From contig CM119263.1 of the NCBI GenBank assembly GCA_051294375.1, forward strand, positions 78,943 to 142,942: 64,000 nucleotides of DNA, written 5' to 3'. A program made the position numbers and the translations under genes. This document shows, piece by piece, positions 1 to 13,570 of the stretch (positions are counted from its first letter, which is position 1; every line of letters starts with the position of its first letter). The stretch comes from Paraspadella gotoi. Taxonomy: Eukaryota; Animalia; Chaetognatha. The notes below the pieces were generated by a model that made no database searches, had not been told where the DNA came from, and saw only the letters and a program-made list of their open reading frames with translations.

Positions 1-451
1 CGTGTAAGGAAAAATAAGTAGGTATAAATATCAAATTAAATAACAGACTACTTTAAAAAAGCTTTCGTAGATACCGGATACTGCAAAGTATTAAATTGAA
101 ATATAACGCAATTCAAGTAAATAATTTTGGAATAATTTTGATATAATCGTGTGGCTCTTGGCTTTTTGCAATTTACAACTAAAAACCGAAGGTCGAGCTG
201 AATAAATGAGAGAGAGAAGAGCAGAGAGACGAGGAGAGAGAGAGAGAGAGAGAAGAGAGAGAGGAGAGAGACGGATTAAATTGGGACGAAGCATCATAAA
301 ACGTATTTTTTAAAAGAAGAAGATTTTTCTTTAAAATAACCACAGAGCGGAACATTGGCATAAGCATTGGGAAAATCAGGATGAGAGAGAAGAGGGGGGG
401 AGAGAAGAGAAGAAGAGAGAGATGAGAGATTGAGAGAGAGAGAGAGAGAAA

Positions 452-500
<49 letters not shown>

Positions 501-2033
501 CTGCAAACAAAAGATCACTCAGTTCGTGTCCTTTTGCAACAACAGCAGGGAAGCCTCCAGTAATTGTCAACCTTCATTTTCTTTCCAAACTTTTTTTTGA
601 GCATGATGACGAGAAAGAGCAGAATTAGGAGACCCATATTTTGGTTTGACGCCGAGAGGGCGTTCCCTCGCATGGAAGATATTTCCCTAGAATTCGTTTC
701 GATGTTTTATTGTTTTATTTGAAGAGTAGACGACTTTTGGCTGCTCAGTTGAACTTGGCTTAATGTCTTGGTTTTCTTTGAGCGGTTAAAAGTAGCACAA
801 ATAGTTTTTTGTTAGTTTTATTCAGCTTCGGTCGTTATGCGTGACTTTTATTGGAGCGTTCTTGGCTCGGCTAAATTGGAATCAGATTTTCAAGTTCCTC
901 TGTCGATCGTTTCTCGGTTCTATTTCTTGTCTCGAACTCAGAAGAGGGAAATCAGGTCGTGAGAGAGTCAGTGAACATTTAGAGAGAGGCCAGATTTAAT
1001 ACTTCATTCTTATAGTTATAGACTTTAATGATAATGGGAATTTGGTCACTTTGCACTCAAATTCGTCTTCGAGATCCGGATCCACGTTAAATCAAGTCTA
1101 TTCATAAATGTCCCAAGACGAGTCTATATTAAGGTTCGAGTTCAGCTCCTCTCTCTCTCTCTCTCTTTTCACGGCAGCGGAAAAGATTCTCTCGTTCGAG
1201 TGACATTTTGACGATTGTCAGCCGGAGACTCGGAGCTATTGCTGACCGTTGGACAAAGAATGAAGGAATTCTGTTATCAGAAGATGCAATGCTAAAAACT
1301 GATTACGATTTCCAATCGTGTTAACGCAGTAAAAATACGAAGCGAGAACAGTTTATGTCACTAAACTGAGTCACTCAACAGAGTGTGAAAGTTTGTGATA
1401 ATGATGAGTCTCCGACAAGTGGCGAGGTCAACATTGTCACAAGAAGTAAGATTGTACGGCACCAGAAAATATAGGCGACGTCACTGGCGAGATAAAAAAT
1501 CCGTAATACTTGTGTTTGGCTCATAAGTGAGACCGCGCGTGAAAAAGGTCGCTCGGTTGAGACGAGTCAGTGGACAGTTGGCCTAGAAAGAGTTTCGGCT
1601 TCGCAGCGAAAGGAAATGAATTAAACGTCAAAAACGAGTCGTATTCGTCGTTGTATGTAAATTTAAAGTCGAAAGCAATGGTCTGGCAAAAAGTAAATAC
1701 TGTGACGGCCCATAGTCGAGAAACATATGCGTCGTCGTCGTTGCCGTCGTCGTCGTCCTCGTCGTCGTCGTGGTCGTCGTCGTCGTTCCCGCGTCACAAA
1801 ACGCGCGACGTGTTCGTTTGTTTTGGCGATTTTGACGCCCACTCCATCTCTCCGCGGTCCCAGCCGGAGGCGCTGATGAATGGGGCGGAAACAAAAGTGA
1901 ATCGCGATTCTGAAGGGAAAAAAAAGCAAAAATAAAAACAAAAATAAAAAAAAATAGGAAAATAAAAAAATGGTCGCCAAATTCATCACGAGAAATTCGC
2001 GACGGGAAAAATAACGAGTGAGCAGAGAGAGAC

Positions 2034-2081
<48 letters not shown>

Positions 2082-2425
2082 ACTGCGCATTTCATTTCAA
2101 AACGATCATAACAAAAAAAAAAAATCTTAAAAGCATAAAGATCGAGCCGCTTTCGATAGTAACAAATATTGATGCGATAATAACCAAATATTGATCGATG
2201 ATAACCAAATATTGACCGCGATGATAACCATAATTGGATGCGATGATAACAAAATGACTGATGTGATGAATAATCAAATGATTGATGCGATGATAGTTCA
2301 TTACTTGATATGATGATAATCATTACATGAAATACGATGATAGTCATTCATTGATGCGATTGATAGTGATTCATCTGACGCGCTGATCATTCATCGTAAA
2401 AAAACAAACAAATCGTGTATGAGTG

Positions 2426-2459
<34 letters not shown>

Positions 2460-2671
2460 CTGGACAGTATTTCCCGCCAACGAAACGCATATTAGGTCTC
2501 TCTCGTTTATATAAAGAATAATCAGAATTTTAGAAAAAATCCACGAAAATCTCGGATGTAAAATTTGTGATTTTGTATTGGAGAAAAAAGCGCGGAATAA
2601 ATGGGATAATAAAGGTTTTAAGAAGGAAAAAAAGAGAGAGGAGAGAGAGAGAGGGAGAGAGAGAGCAGAAG

Positions 2672-2704
<33 letters not shown>

Positions 2705-3076
2705 GAGGGAGGGAGAGTGAGAAGAGAGAGAGAGAGAGTTTTCCCACCAACGAGACCGCCATTAATAGGTCCACCTCGTTTATATCGGTTATCCGTTGCC
2801 CTCGCAACGGCGTCTGAAATTGGTCTATGTTGATTTTTTTTTATAGCACGTAACGCGTTATGGTCAAATGTTCCTCGAACATTGTTTACTTGTTGCTCCG
2901 CACGACCACCGAAATCTAGGTTAAGTAAGTTATGTATTTTGGGAATTTTGTATTGGGATAAAATAATAAATGGCGATATAAAAGTTTTTAAGAAGGAAAA
3001 AATCCCACGAAAAATCTCGGATAAATGGCGAATAAAAAGCTTTTTTGAAAGGAAAAAAAAGAGAGAGAAAGAGAGA

Positions 3077-3118
<42 letters not shown>

Positions 3119-3565
3119 AAGAGGAGATAGAGAAAGAAAAAGTGTTCTTTTTTTAGGAGAACCAGACGAGGTCAAATTTAATATTCTATATTTAATTAAT
3201 TTATTAATAGTTATCACCAACTCAAATAATTATTATTTAAAAAAAAGTTAAAAATGATTAAATATATATCACTAAAAATATTATAAATTTAATAAAGTAC
3301 AAATTATCAGAATAACAAAAAAAGTAATGTTTAATTTGACTAATCTCTCTTATCAACTCCTATTTAGATATAATTTGCCAAATAGTGGCCAACCGTCAAA
3401 GTTGCAATAATAATAAAAACAAATTTTTTTTTATAATGTAATGCATGCAATTAATATTATTCGGCGAAAGTAGCTGCATATATAATAAGGTCAATTAGCT
3501 GATTTATATGTGATAATGCATACATATATAAGTTTATCTTTCATTTTTTTTTAAAATAATAAGAG

Positions 3566-3599
<34 letters not shown>

Positions 3600-4651
3600 A
3601 AGAAAGAAAAAGAAAAACAATTTCTTTCCAATTATATCTCAGATAATAAATTTTGGGATTGTATTGAAAAAAAAGCGCGGAATTAAATGGCATAATAAAA
3701 AGTTTGAGAAGGAAAAAAATAATCAGAATTTTTCAAAAAAACGAACGATCGTACAGAGTAAGAGAGACAGAAAAGACAGAAAGAGAGAGAGAGAGACAGA
3801 AAGAGAAAAAGAAGGAACAAAAGAGACAGAAAGAAGAGAAAGCTGGAAGCCAGCTGAACAGTCACTTTTTGCAGAACCTGAACTCGTCTTTTTTAAGGTT
3901 CAGAAAAAGCAGCAACTGACAATATAGGAAGAAAATCTATATATAATTTAAAGAAATAAAAGAAAGGCAAAAAAATAATGTTAACAATTGTTTACAATTG
4001 GAAATTTTTCCAACTTTCTTTCAATCGCAGCTTTTGTAAAAGATTTAATTTATATTTGTATAAAATTAGAATATAGCTTCTCATTGAAAAAAATCCCTTT
4101 GAGTCCCATTTTATTAAAAATTAAACAAATTTTTTTGGAATTTCATCCTTCAATATTAATATACTGCATATTATGTAAATTAGATCAAAAGCATTTTATA
4201 TACTAATTTAGAATATATATGGAGTATCTTTATCTCATTTGCATATGTGCAGTAAATCATAATGAAAGTGAAAATTCAAACAAAAAATACTAAATCCAAA
4301 TTAATAGAAAATATCAACAGCTATTTCAAGATGAAAAGCCATATCTAAATTTTACTTACTATGATCGCAACACTTGAGAGGAGAGCGTTATCATAATCAT
4401 AATAATTTTTATTTAAAAAAAAACGTTAAGTCACAGCCAAACCTATTAAAGCGTAGTAGTTTTTATATATGAAAACCAGCGTGACGGACGACGAGACGAC
4501 GACGAGCGAACGACTACGTCACAAAGAAGCAACCCTAAAACATTATAGAGCTTCGCCGGGTCAAGGCTCGATAAAAAAACTCAAAAATTATTGTAGAAGA
4601 AGTAAACGAATTGGACTGACAATTCGTCATTAGAGTAGAGTCAGCGAATTT

Positions 4652-6097
4652 CCTGGTTTGTGAGAAAATCGACGAGACAAATTTAAAAATTCATTTATCA
4701 TGGCAATAATATAGATGGATAATAAATTTTGACAGATATCTCATAAAGATAAACGTGCCCACACCTTTGTCACGCAGATATTTTATCGAAGTCATCGAGA
4801 TCAAGCGGTTCAAGAAGGCATTTTTACCCAACGGCAACCTTTTACCGGGAGCAACCTCTGTAATCTTTTCTTGCACCTGTCTTTTCTGTTTTTCTGCCCT
4901 GTTTCGGAGCATCCCTAGATCCTTTCTTCACCTGTCTTTTCTTTCTTTCTTGCACCTGTTTTTCCGGAGGCACAGCCCTAAATCGTTTTCTTGCATCACG
5001 CTTCCCTTTCCTTGTCTTTTCATTGCCACCTGTTTTGGAGCGCCCTAACATCTTTTCTTCACCTGTCCTTTTTGCTTCTGCATCTGTTTCCGGAGCAGAC
5101 CCTAGAATCTTTTCTTGCACCTGTCCTTTTTCTTGTCTGTTTTCTGCACACAGCTTCTTCTTTGGAGCAGCCCGTAGGAAATCCTTTCGTCCTGCACCTG
5201 CTTTGTCTTAGTGTCTTTTTCTGTATGACTACTCTGTTTTCTCGCGAGACAAGCCATAGTATATCTTCTCTTGCCACCTGTCTTTCTTGTCTTCTCTGCA
5301 CCTGTTTTGGAAGCAGCCACTAAAGTCGCTTTGTCTTGCAACACTCTTTGATGCTTTTCTTGCACGCTAGTTTTTGGAGCACCCTAGAAATCTCATTTCC
5401 TTGCAGCCTGTCTCTCTCCTCGTCTTTTTCTTTGCACTGTGTCTTCGGAGCAACCCCTAGAATCCTTTCTTGCACGCTGTATTTTCTTGAAGCCTGTTTT
5501 TCGGAGCAGCCCTAGAATCTTTTTCTTGCACGCTGCTTTCCTTGTCCTTTTCTGTGCACCTTGTTTTCGTGCAGCCCAGAATCTTTCTTGCACCTGTCTT
5601 TTTCTTGCACTCTGTTTCGGGGTCAGCCTAGAATCTTTCTTGCACCGTGTTTCCTCACCATGTTTTCGACCCGGGAGCAAACCCTAGAATCTTTTCTTGC
5701 ACCTTCTCTCGCATCTGAATGAGGAAACCTAATTCGAATGGTCAAAAACAGAGAAGGAACTGAATTAAGATTTGATCGATAAGATGAATGATGACAATCA
5801 CGGGGCATTTATTTCCTCTGTTAAAAGGGAGAAGGTTAATGGAATCACTTGACTAAAAATCTCTTTTCAAATGCAAAGCAGAAAACCGTTGAAAAAGAAA
5901 TAAACATAGATAAGTAAATTTGAAAGTAAAATCAATATTGGAGCTGGAAAAGAAAAAGAAATCATCTGAAAATGTCATGCAGCCCAATGCGAAGAGCGGA
6001 CGGCAGTAGCGGTTGCGGGGTTGCCGTGGCAGCGGGGGTGGCAGCGCGGCGAACGGTACGGCGGCTAGCAGGCGGCGGAGGTGGTCAGCGGGAGTGA

Positions 6098-6129
<32 letters not shown>

Positions 6130-6253
6130 GCGGCGGAGGCGGAAGCTGAAAGTCGTCACCAATGTCCTGAGAATCATTTTAGATTAAAAGAAATTCATCA
6201 GGTGAATGACGATCGAATGATAAGATATGCAAAGAGAGAGAAAAGAAGAGAGA

Positions 6254-6299
<46 letters not shown>

Positions 6300-6964
6300 G
6301 AGAGAGACCAACGACCAACCAGGATCGTTTTATATTCTTCGTCAGAGAAAAAAACGTAGAATGAAAGACGTGAAGAGATAAAGAGAGATTTTCAGATTCT
6401 GTATTGATGATTTTCTGAATGGTTCGGGAAATATCTCTTATTTGAGTATTACGGGGTTTAATCCAATTACCTCGTCTTTAAAAACCCCTGACTAAAAATA
6501 TGTAACAGAAATTTTAAGAGAAAAAATAACATTTGCATTTATTTCTATTTTATTTTATATGTTGTCAGCTCGTTTTTTTGGATTGGTAATTAAAAAGTAA
6601 AGGTTTCTTTCAGCTCATATTATTTATAATTTCGTGTATTAAAATTTTGTTTTAATTTTACGAGAAGTCCATCGGTTGTCCATTTTTTTAATTATAGTTT
6701 AGCCCCATTACGTTCTGCTAATCGAATTTATTAACACCTCATTGAAAACCGTTGAGCATAACCGCTAGATTTCCTTTCAGCTTGATTTCTTCGTGACTTC
6801 TCCTTTAGTTTTCTCTTTAATCATGGTTTTTTAAACTTTAATCATGGATGCCCGTTAAAATCGCTAACAATCCTTCTTTAAAGTAGACATAACAAAATTA
6901 ACATTTTCAATTATAATTAAAAATTACCGTTAATCCTGTGCGAGAAGAAAAAATAGAAAAATTG
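4652..6964 (+). repeat. Direct duplication, copy 1 (error-rich) of 7283-9029
   Basis: Starts CTGGTTTGTGAGAAAATCGAC and ends TAATCCTGTGCGAGAAGAAAAAATAGAAAA, like 7283-9029. The copies differ mainly by 1-nt indels and by the size of the internal minisatellite. It abuts the 316-N gap. Confidence 0.95.
4840..5705 (+). repeat. ~62-bp minisatellite, degenerate longer copy
   Basis: Recurrent GGAGCA(G/A)CCCTAGAATCTTTTCTTGCACCTGT units with many indels. Confidence 0.9.
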
Positions 6965-6965
6965 G

Positions 6966-7281
6966 NNNNNNNNNNNNNNNNNNNNNNNNNNNNNNNNNNN
7001 NNNNNNNNNNNNNNNNNNNNNNNNNNNNNNNNNNNNNNNNNNNNNNNNNNNNNNNNNNNNNNNNNNNNNNNNNNNNNNNNNNNNNNNNNNNNNNNNNNNN
7101 NNNNNNNNNNNNNNNNNNNNNNNNNNNNNNNNNNNNNNNNNNNNNNNNNNNNNNNNNNNNNNNNNNNNNNNNNNNNNNNNNNNNNNNNNNNNNNNNNNNN
7201 NNNNNNNNNNNNNNNNNNNNNNNNNNNNNNNNNNNNNNNNNNNNNNNNNNNNNNNNNNNNNNNNNNNNNNNNNNNNNNNNN
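6966..7281. other. Assembly gap (316 N)
   Basis: Run of N. Confidence 1.
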
Positions 7282-7282
7282 T

Positions 7283-8339
7283 CTCTGGTTTGTGAGAAAT
7301 CGACTGAGACGAATTTAAAAAATCAGTTATTCATGGCAAATATAGATGGAAATAAATTTGACAGATACTCATAAAGAAAACGTCCCACACCTTTTCACGC
7401 GATATTTTTATCGAAGTCACGAATTCAAGGTTAAGAATGGCATTTTTACCACTGCACCTGTTTCCGGAGCAACCCTTGAATCTTTTCTTGCACCTGTCTT
7501 TTCTTGTCTTTTCTTGCACCTGTTTCCGGAGCAACCCTAGAATCCTTTCTTGCACCTGTCTTTTGTTGTCTTTTCTTGCACCTGTTTCCGGAGCAGCCCT
7601 AGAATCCTTTCTTGCACCTGTCTTTTCTTGTCTTTTCTTGCACCTGTTTTCGGAGCAGCCCTAGAATCTTTTCTTGCACCTGTCTTTTCTTGTCTTTTCT
7701 TGCACCTGTTTTCGGAGCAGCCCTAGAATCTTTTCTTGCACCTGTCTTTTCTTGTCTTTTCTTGCACCTGTTTTCGGAGCAGCCCTAGAATCCTTTCTTG
7801 CACCTGTCTTTTCCTGCACCTGTTTTCGGAGCAACCCTAGAATCTTTTCTTGCACCTTCTCTCGCATCTGATGAGGAAAACCTAATTCGATGTCAAAACA
7901 TTGAAGGAACTGATTAAGATTGATGATGATAGATGATGATGACAATCACGATTATTTCCTTAAAAGGGAGAAGTTAATGGAATCACTTTGACTCAGAAAT
8001 CTCTTTCAAATGCAAAGCAGAACCGTTTGAAAAAGAAATAAACATAGATAAGAAATGTTAAAGTAAAATCAATATTGGAGCTGAAAAAGAAAAAGAAATC
8101 ATCTGAAAATGTCATGCAGCCAATGCGAGAGCGACGGCAGTAGCGGTTGCGGTGGTTGCCGTGGCAGCGGGGGTGGCAGCGGCGGCGACGGTAGCGGCGG
8201 TAGCGGCGGCGGAGGTGTCAGCGGGAGTGACAGCGGCGACAGCGGCGGCGGAGGCGGAGCTGAAAGTCGTCACCAATGTCTGAGAATCATTTTAGATTAA
8301 AGAAATTCATCAGGTGAATGACCGATCGAATGGATAAAT

Positions 8340-8406
<67 letters not shown>

Positions 8407-9029
8407 AAGACCCCAGGATTCGTTTTATGATTCTTCGTCGAGAAAAAAACGTAGGAATGAAAGACGTGAAGAGATAAAGAGAGATTTTAGATTCTGTATT
8501 TGATGATTTCTGAATGGTCGGAAAAATAATTCTCTATTTGAGTATTACGGGTTTAATCCAATTACCTCGTCTTTAAAAACCCTGACTAAAAATATGTAAC
8601 CAAATTTTAAGAAGAAAAATAACATTTGCATTTTATTCTATTTTATTTTATTTTCAGCTCTTTTTTTGGATTGGTAATTAAAAAGTATGGTTTCTTTCAG
8701 CTCATTATTACTTTTATAATTGTGTATTACAAATTTTTTTTAATTTTACGAAAGTCATCGGTTCCATTTTTTCATTATAGTTTACGCCATTAGTTCTGCT
8801 AATCGAATTTATTTAAATACCTCATTGAAAACGTTGAGCATAAACGCGCTAGATTTCCTTTCAGCTTGATTTCTTCGTGACTTCTCTTTAGTTTTCTCTG
8901 TTAAATCTTTTAAATTTAATCATGGATGCCGTTAAAATGCTAACATTCTTTTTTAAGTAAATAAAAATTACATTTTCAATTATAATTAAAATTACCGTTA
9001 ATCCTGTGCGAGAAGAAAAAATAGAAAAC
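7283..9029 (+). repeat. Direct duplication, copy 2 of 4652-6964
   Basis: Collinear with 4652-6964 throughout (minisatellite, GGC-rich block, AG tract, AT-rich tail). Confidence 0.95.
7452..7860 (+). repeat. 62-bp minisatellite, about 6.5 units
   Basis: Unit TTTTCTTGCACCTGTCTTTTCTTGTCTTTTCTTGCACCTGTTTCCGGAGCAACCCTAGAATC, with GAATC recurring every 62 nt. Confidence 0.95.
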
Positions 9030-9572
9030 TGACTGCTTGCTGATTGCTTGCTGATTGCCTTTGAGTAGGTAACAACAACGACGACGATGAAGATACGAAC
9101 TACTTATCTTTCTGGGAAAATTACTCTTAAGTATTTTCTGGGCAGAACTGATGAGCCTCGAATGGATTGAATGCAGCGGTGGTCATTATGAAGACAGGAT
9201 GAAAGACCAGAGTTAAGAAAGAATCAATTTTGAAAATGGGTTTCGAGACTGAAGGATAGAAGAAAAGTATTTCGGGATAAAGAGAAGGAGATTAGGTTTT
9301 ACATTGTGCATGGGGAGAATACATTAGACGTGGAAGAAGGTAAAAAGATATTGTGTGCAAAAGTTAACTATGATAAAAATTTTATGAACCGTAACTAATA
9401 ATAAAAGCATAAAAGGAGTGGGAGAAAATACAAATGATTACGATAAAGCAAAAGGTTTATTTAAAATAGTGTTTGATTTTAAATGTTTGCGGTGAATTTG
9501 TGAATGATGTGTGACGATAAAGCAATCTTAAAAATTTGCTGATTAGCTATAATGTAATGAAAAAAGATAGAG

Positions 9573-9641
<69 letters not shown>

Positions 9642-10322
9642 AAAGCCATTCTAAACCAATGAGTCCCCAGTCTCCTCGCGGCCTGCATTAGCGAGAAGCG
9701 TAAAAAACTAATAACGAGTTAAAGAGAAAAAACCAAAAATAAAAAACGAGAAAGAAAAAAAGGAATAAAAAAATCAAAGAGCGAAACATGAGATCACGTG
9801 ACTGACGGCGCACGGTCAATAGTGAATTTCACTTTAGCGATGTTTTAAGTTTTTAAGTTTTGTCTTCTTAAGCTCTAATATATAAGCGATAGGATCTAAG
9901 ATTAAAGGTTGAAAGTTCGTTTTTATACCAAATGATTAATTGACAATTTTTTTTTAGTCGAGAGTCTCCGATAAGAAAGTTCTCAATAAACCTTTAAAAA
10001 TTGATGAACTCCGCTCGTTAAATCGACTCCAAAATAAACACTTCCGGCGAATATAACTGTAGGGGCAAATTTCCACAGTGGGGGATAATTTTTAGACCCA
10101 AAAATTTTCATGACTGAAAAAAAAAGGTTATTGGTGGAAATTGGACATCGTTAACGGAAAGTCGTTACTCTTCCCGCAAATCAATAATCTGTCAAGAACT
10201 TGAGACCCAAAGGTTCCATGTGAAACGAAATTAAATTCGGATTGACTGAGTGTGAAAGTGAGAAAGGGCGAGGTCAGTGAGTCGCCGTGACCTCTGCTGG
10301 ATCAAAAGGGGAAAAGGAGAGA

Positions 10323-10380
<58 letters not shown>

Positions 10381-10859
10381 CCCTAATTAATTCAAATTAT
10401 CGATTAAGTTAAACGATTTATTTAATATAGAATATCTTAAAATTACGATTTACGGTTTCGGTCGCCCGTCAGTGTGATCGACCGCGCGCCATTTCTCCTT
10501 TCCTCTTAAACTAATTGGTATCTCCTTGCCCCGTGGCCTCCGGTTCACTATTTCACAAATGTGAGTCACAAAGACAATCCATTTGTCTCTATTGCTGAGA
10601 CCCAATATTTGCCCCGCGTTTTTTGTGCGACTGAAAAATAGTCAGTCGGTGGGAAAAAAAAGTTGAAGTGGGCAGTGAAAGTGGGATGTGGGGGTGAAAG
10701 AAGGTGATGTGGGTGTGAAGTGGGTGGGTGTGATGTGATGTGATATGGGTGGGTGTGATGTGGGTGTGAAAGACCTGTGAGGAAATGGGCGGCAATCAAA
10801 GGAATTCATGAATCTTTGTAGCCTTTTTTTTTGAAAAAGAACTTTCAATTTCTCTCTTA

Positions 10860-10892
<33 letters not shown>

Positions 10893-10974
10893 AATTCATT
10901 TGTTACCATGACAGCAGGACCCAGCAATTCCGTGCCCCTCACATGTTTCCGTCAAAAGGCTTTTGGGGTCCGCC

Positions 10975-11445
10975 TTTTCTTTTCTTTCCTTTTTCCTCCA
11001 TTTCTTCCCCTTACTTTTCTTTCTCTATATTTTTTTACTTTCTCTTTTCCATCATCTCTTTAATACTTTTTCCTTTTTGCATTTCTTCTTTCTCTTTTCA
11101 ATCTTTCCTAACGTTTTCACTTCCATCTCTCACTCACTCTCTCACTTTCATCCTTTCCTCTCTTTCCTCCCTTTCCTCCTTTCCTCTCTTTCCTCTCTTT
11201 CCTCCTTTCTTTTCTTTTATCCTTTCCTCCCTTTCCACTCCTCTTCTCCCTTTCCTCTTTTTTCCTCTCTTTTCTCCCTTTCATCTTTTTCTCCCTTTAC
11301 TATTTTTCCTCTCTTCCTCCCATTCCACTCCTTTCCTCCATTTCCTCTTTTCTCCCCTTTCCTCTGTTTCCTCCCCTTCCTCCTTTCCTCTCCTTTCCTC
11401 CCTTTTTTCCCTTTCCTCTCTAACCTCTCTTCCTCCCTTTTTCTC
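10975..11445 (+). repeat. Polypyrimidine low-complexity tract
   Basis: Almost only C and T for about 470 nt. Overlapping F/S/L/P ORFs are by-products. Confidence 0.9.
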
Positions 11446-11669
11446 CAGACTTCTGCCAACGATGTCCATGACGAAAATCGTCCGGTTATTTCCGATCTGA
11501 GTTTCTGGCATCAAAAGAGAAAAGAAGAAATTTCTTTTTTTTTATCTGAGATGGAAAGACAAAGTCGAACTTTGTTACTGTTGAACTGTTTGAACTGTTA
11601 GAAACCAATTGCTGTTTGAAGATTGAACGATTTCGATCTCGATGTGAGAGTGTGTGAGAGAGAGAGATT

Positions 11670-11700
<31 letters not shown>

Positions 11701-11956
11701 CGGCACATACAATCTAATCTGGGAGAAGAACCAAGCGCCTTTCTTTGTCCATGTGAAATGATGCGAATGATCCTCATGTACATTGGAGGTTGGCAACTTG
11801 AAGTATTGAAAGAGTTGATCTCTGCAATAGTATGCAGCACACATCGAATCACATAAGATCATATGGAGTTGGTCAATCTTGGCAGAGAAAAGTGGAAGAG
11901 CATTTCCCAGAGGTTAGGCCATCTTTTTGCTGTCAAACCATAAATAAGGGAGAAAG

Positions 11957-12004
<48 letters not shown>

Positions 12005-12200
12005 GCGGCGCGTTGATCGAAAAGACCGATCCTCTAAGAGTCAAGACGTTGGTCAGTTGCCAATCAAGAAGCCAATCAAGAAAAGCACATGGACGCGGGC
12101 AAGCCCAGGCAAGCCCAGGCTCCCACTTTACTTCGCTCAATCTTTTTCTCTCTCCCCCCCCTTTGGCCCGCTGTTCCCCCCCTAAAAAAGGGTCAGTTAA

Positions 12201-12250
<50 letters not shown>

Positions 12251-12255
12251 AGAGA

Positions 12256-12300
<45 letters not shown>

Positions 12301-12439
12301 TCTCTCGTCGAGTCTGTTTACCAGAGGCAGAGAAGTCAAACCATTAAATGTCACTCACTCATTTTTTTTTCTCTTTCGACTAAATCTTCACTATTCAGCG
12401 CTTTATTTTTCGATTATTATTATTATTATTATTATTATA

Positions 12440-12474
<35 letters not shown>

Positions 12475-12754
12475 ATTATTATTATTATCTAATTATTATA
12501 ATATATTAATTATTTTATTATTATTATTATTAATTTTATTAATGTGATTATTATTAATTCCGCAAGAATCACTCGACATGGTTTGACAAGAGACAACGGT
12601 AATACAATTCCCAAAAAAAATTTCGTCCTTAGCGATAAATCAAAAAACACCAATTCCATAAAACTTTTTTTTCTCGCTGTAAGAGAAAAAGCACAGATCA
12701 AAACAATCTTTATTTTTTTCTTTATAAAGAAACTATGAGTCTCTTCTCTATTGC

Positions 12755-13290
12755 TCCCCATTGTTCTCCCATTGTTCTCCCTCTTGTTCTCCCTCTTGTT
12801 CTCCCTTGTCTCCCATTGTTCTCCCTCTTGTTCTCCCCTTGTTCTCCCCACTTGTTCTCCCTTTGTTCTCCCCTTGTTCTCCCCTTGTTCTCCCATTGTT
12901 CTCCTCTTGTTTTCCCCTGTTTCTCCCACATTGTTCTCCCTCTGTTCTCCCCTTGTTCTCCCCTTGTTCTCCTCTTGTTCTCCCTTGTTCTCCCCTTGTT
13001 CTCCCCTTGTTCCCTCTTGTTCCCCTTGTCTCCCCATTGTTCTCCCTCTTGTTCTCCCTCTTGTTCTCCCCTTGTCTCCCCATTGTTCTCCCTCTTGTTC
13101 TCCCTTGTTCTCCCCCCATTGTTCTCCCTCTTGTTCTCCCTTGTTCTCCCCATTGTTCTCCCTCTTGTTCTCCCCTTGTTCTCCCCTGTTCTCCCCATTG
13201 TTCTCCTTCTTGTTCTCCCCTTGTTCTCCCATTGTTCTCCCTCTTGTTCTCCCTTGTTCTCCCATGTTCTCCCTCTTGTTCCCCCTTGTT
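12755..13290 (+). repeat. TTGTTCTCCC(C/T)-type 10-13 bp minisatellite (second copy at 21245-21755)
   Basis: Tandem TTGTTCTCCC variants. This explains the six-frame SP/LV/GEQ/RTRG ORFs. Confidence 0.95.
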
Positions 13291-13351
13291 CTTCTGTAGT
13301 CGGGCATTGGCGTAAGTTCACCCCGCCTATAAGCATAACACCTATAGTCGT

Positions 13352-13570
13352 GACCTTGGTGGCTCATTGAGTAAAGCCATCAGCTCATGACCACTGGTAC
13401 CGGGTTCAATCCCAACCGCGTACCTACCCTGCGGGAAGGCATGAGTAGGGTCGTAAGCCGCCTTGGGGGGTGAAAACCCTCTTGCCTGGTTCCAAGCCCA
13501 GGACCCATTCCATGGCTGCTAGAGGGGGTTAAAGAAGTTGCGGATAGCAACTCTTCAGCCCCTTAGCGCC
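13352..13570 (+). mobile_element. tRNA-derived SINE-like element, family 1
   Basis: A box TGGCTCATTGAG (13360) and B box GGTTCAATCC (13403) at tRNA spacing, with a GGCT/AGCC D-stem but no acceptor stem. A long imperfect 3' hairpin lies at about 13518-13567. The 3' limit is approximate. Confidence 0.65.

Noticed and set aside
1150-1940. Possible decayed coding sequence, including the 121-aa ORF 1570-1935
   Set aside because: GTG start, an internal (TCG)n tract and no recognisable motif.
4446-4460. TAAAGCGTAGTAG resembling the hAT MITE terminus
   Set aside because: No partner end, TSD or internal similarity nearby.
7452-7860. CRISPR-like periodicity
   Set aside because: Units are wholly repeated with no unique spacers and no cas genes. 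The context is eukaryotic.
9128-9175. CTGATGA motif with adjacent TTCTG/CAGAA hairpin as a hammerhead (also CTGATGAGGAAAACC at 7868)
   Set aside because: No GAAA box after stem II in either case.
9240-9400. Protein-like reading FRDKEKEIRFYIVHGENTLDVEEGKKILCAKV
   Set aside because: Short, flanked by stops, with no identifiable family or splice structure.
10074-10125. CACAGTG as an RSS heptamer or Transib terminus
   Set aside because: No matching inverted end or TSD found, and a lone 7-mer is expected by chance.
13352-13425. Functional tRNA gene
   Set aside because: Acceptor and anticodon stems do not pair, so it is treated as a SINE head.
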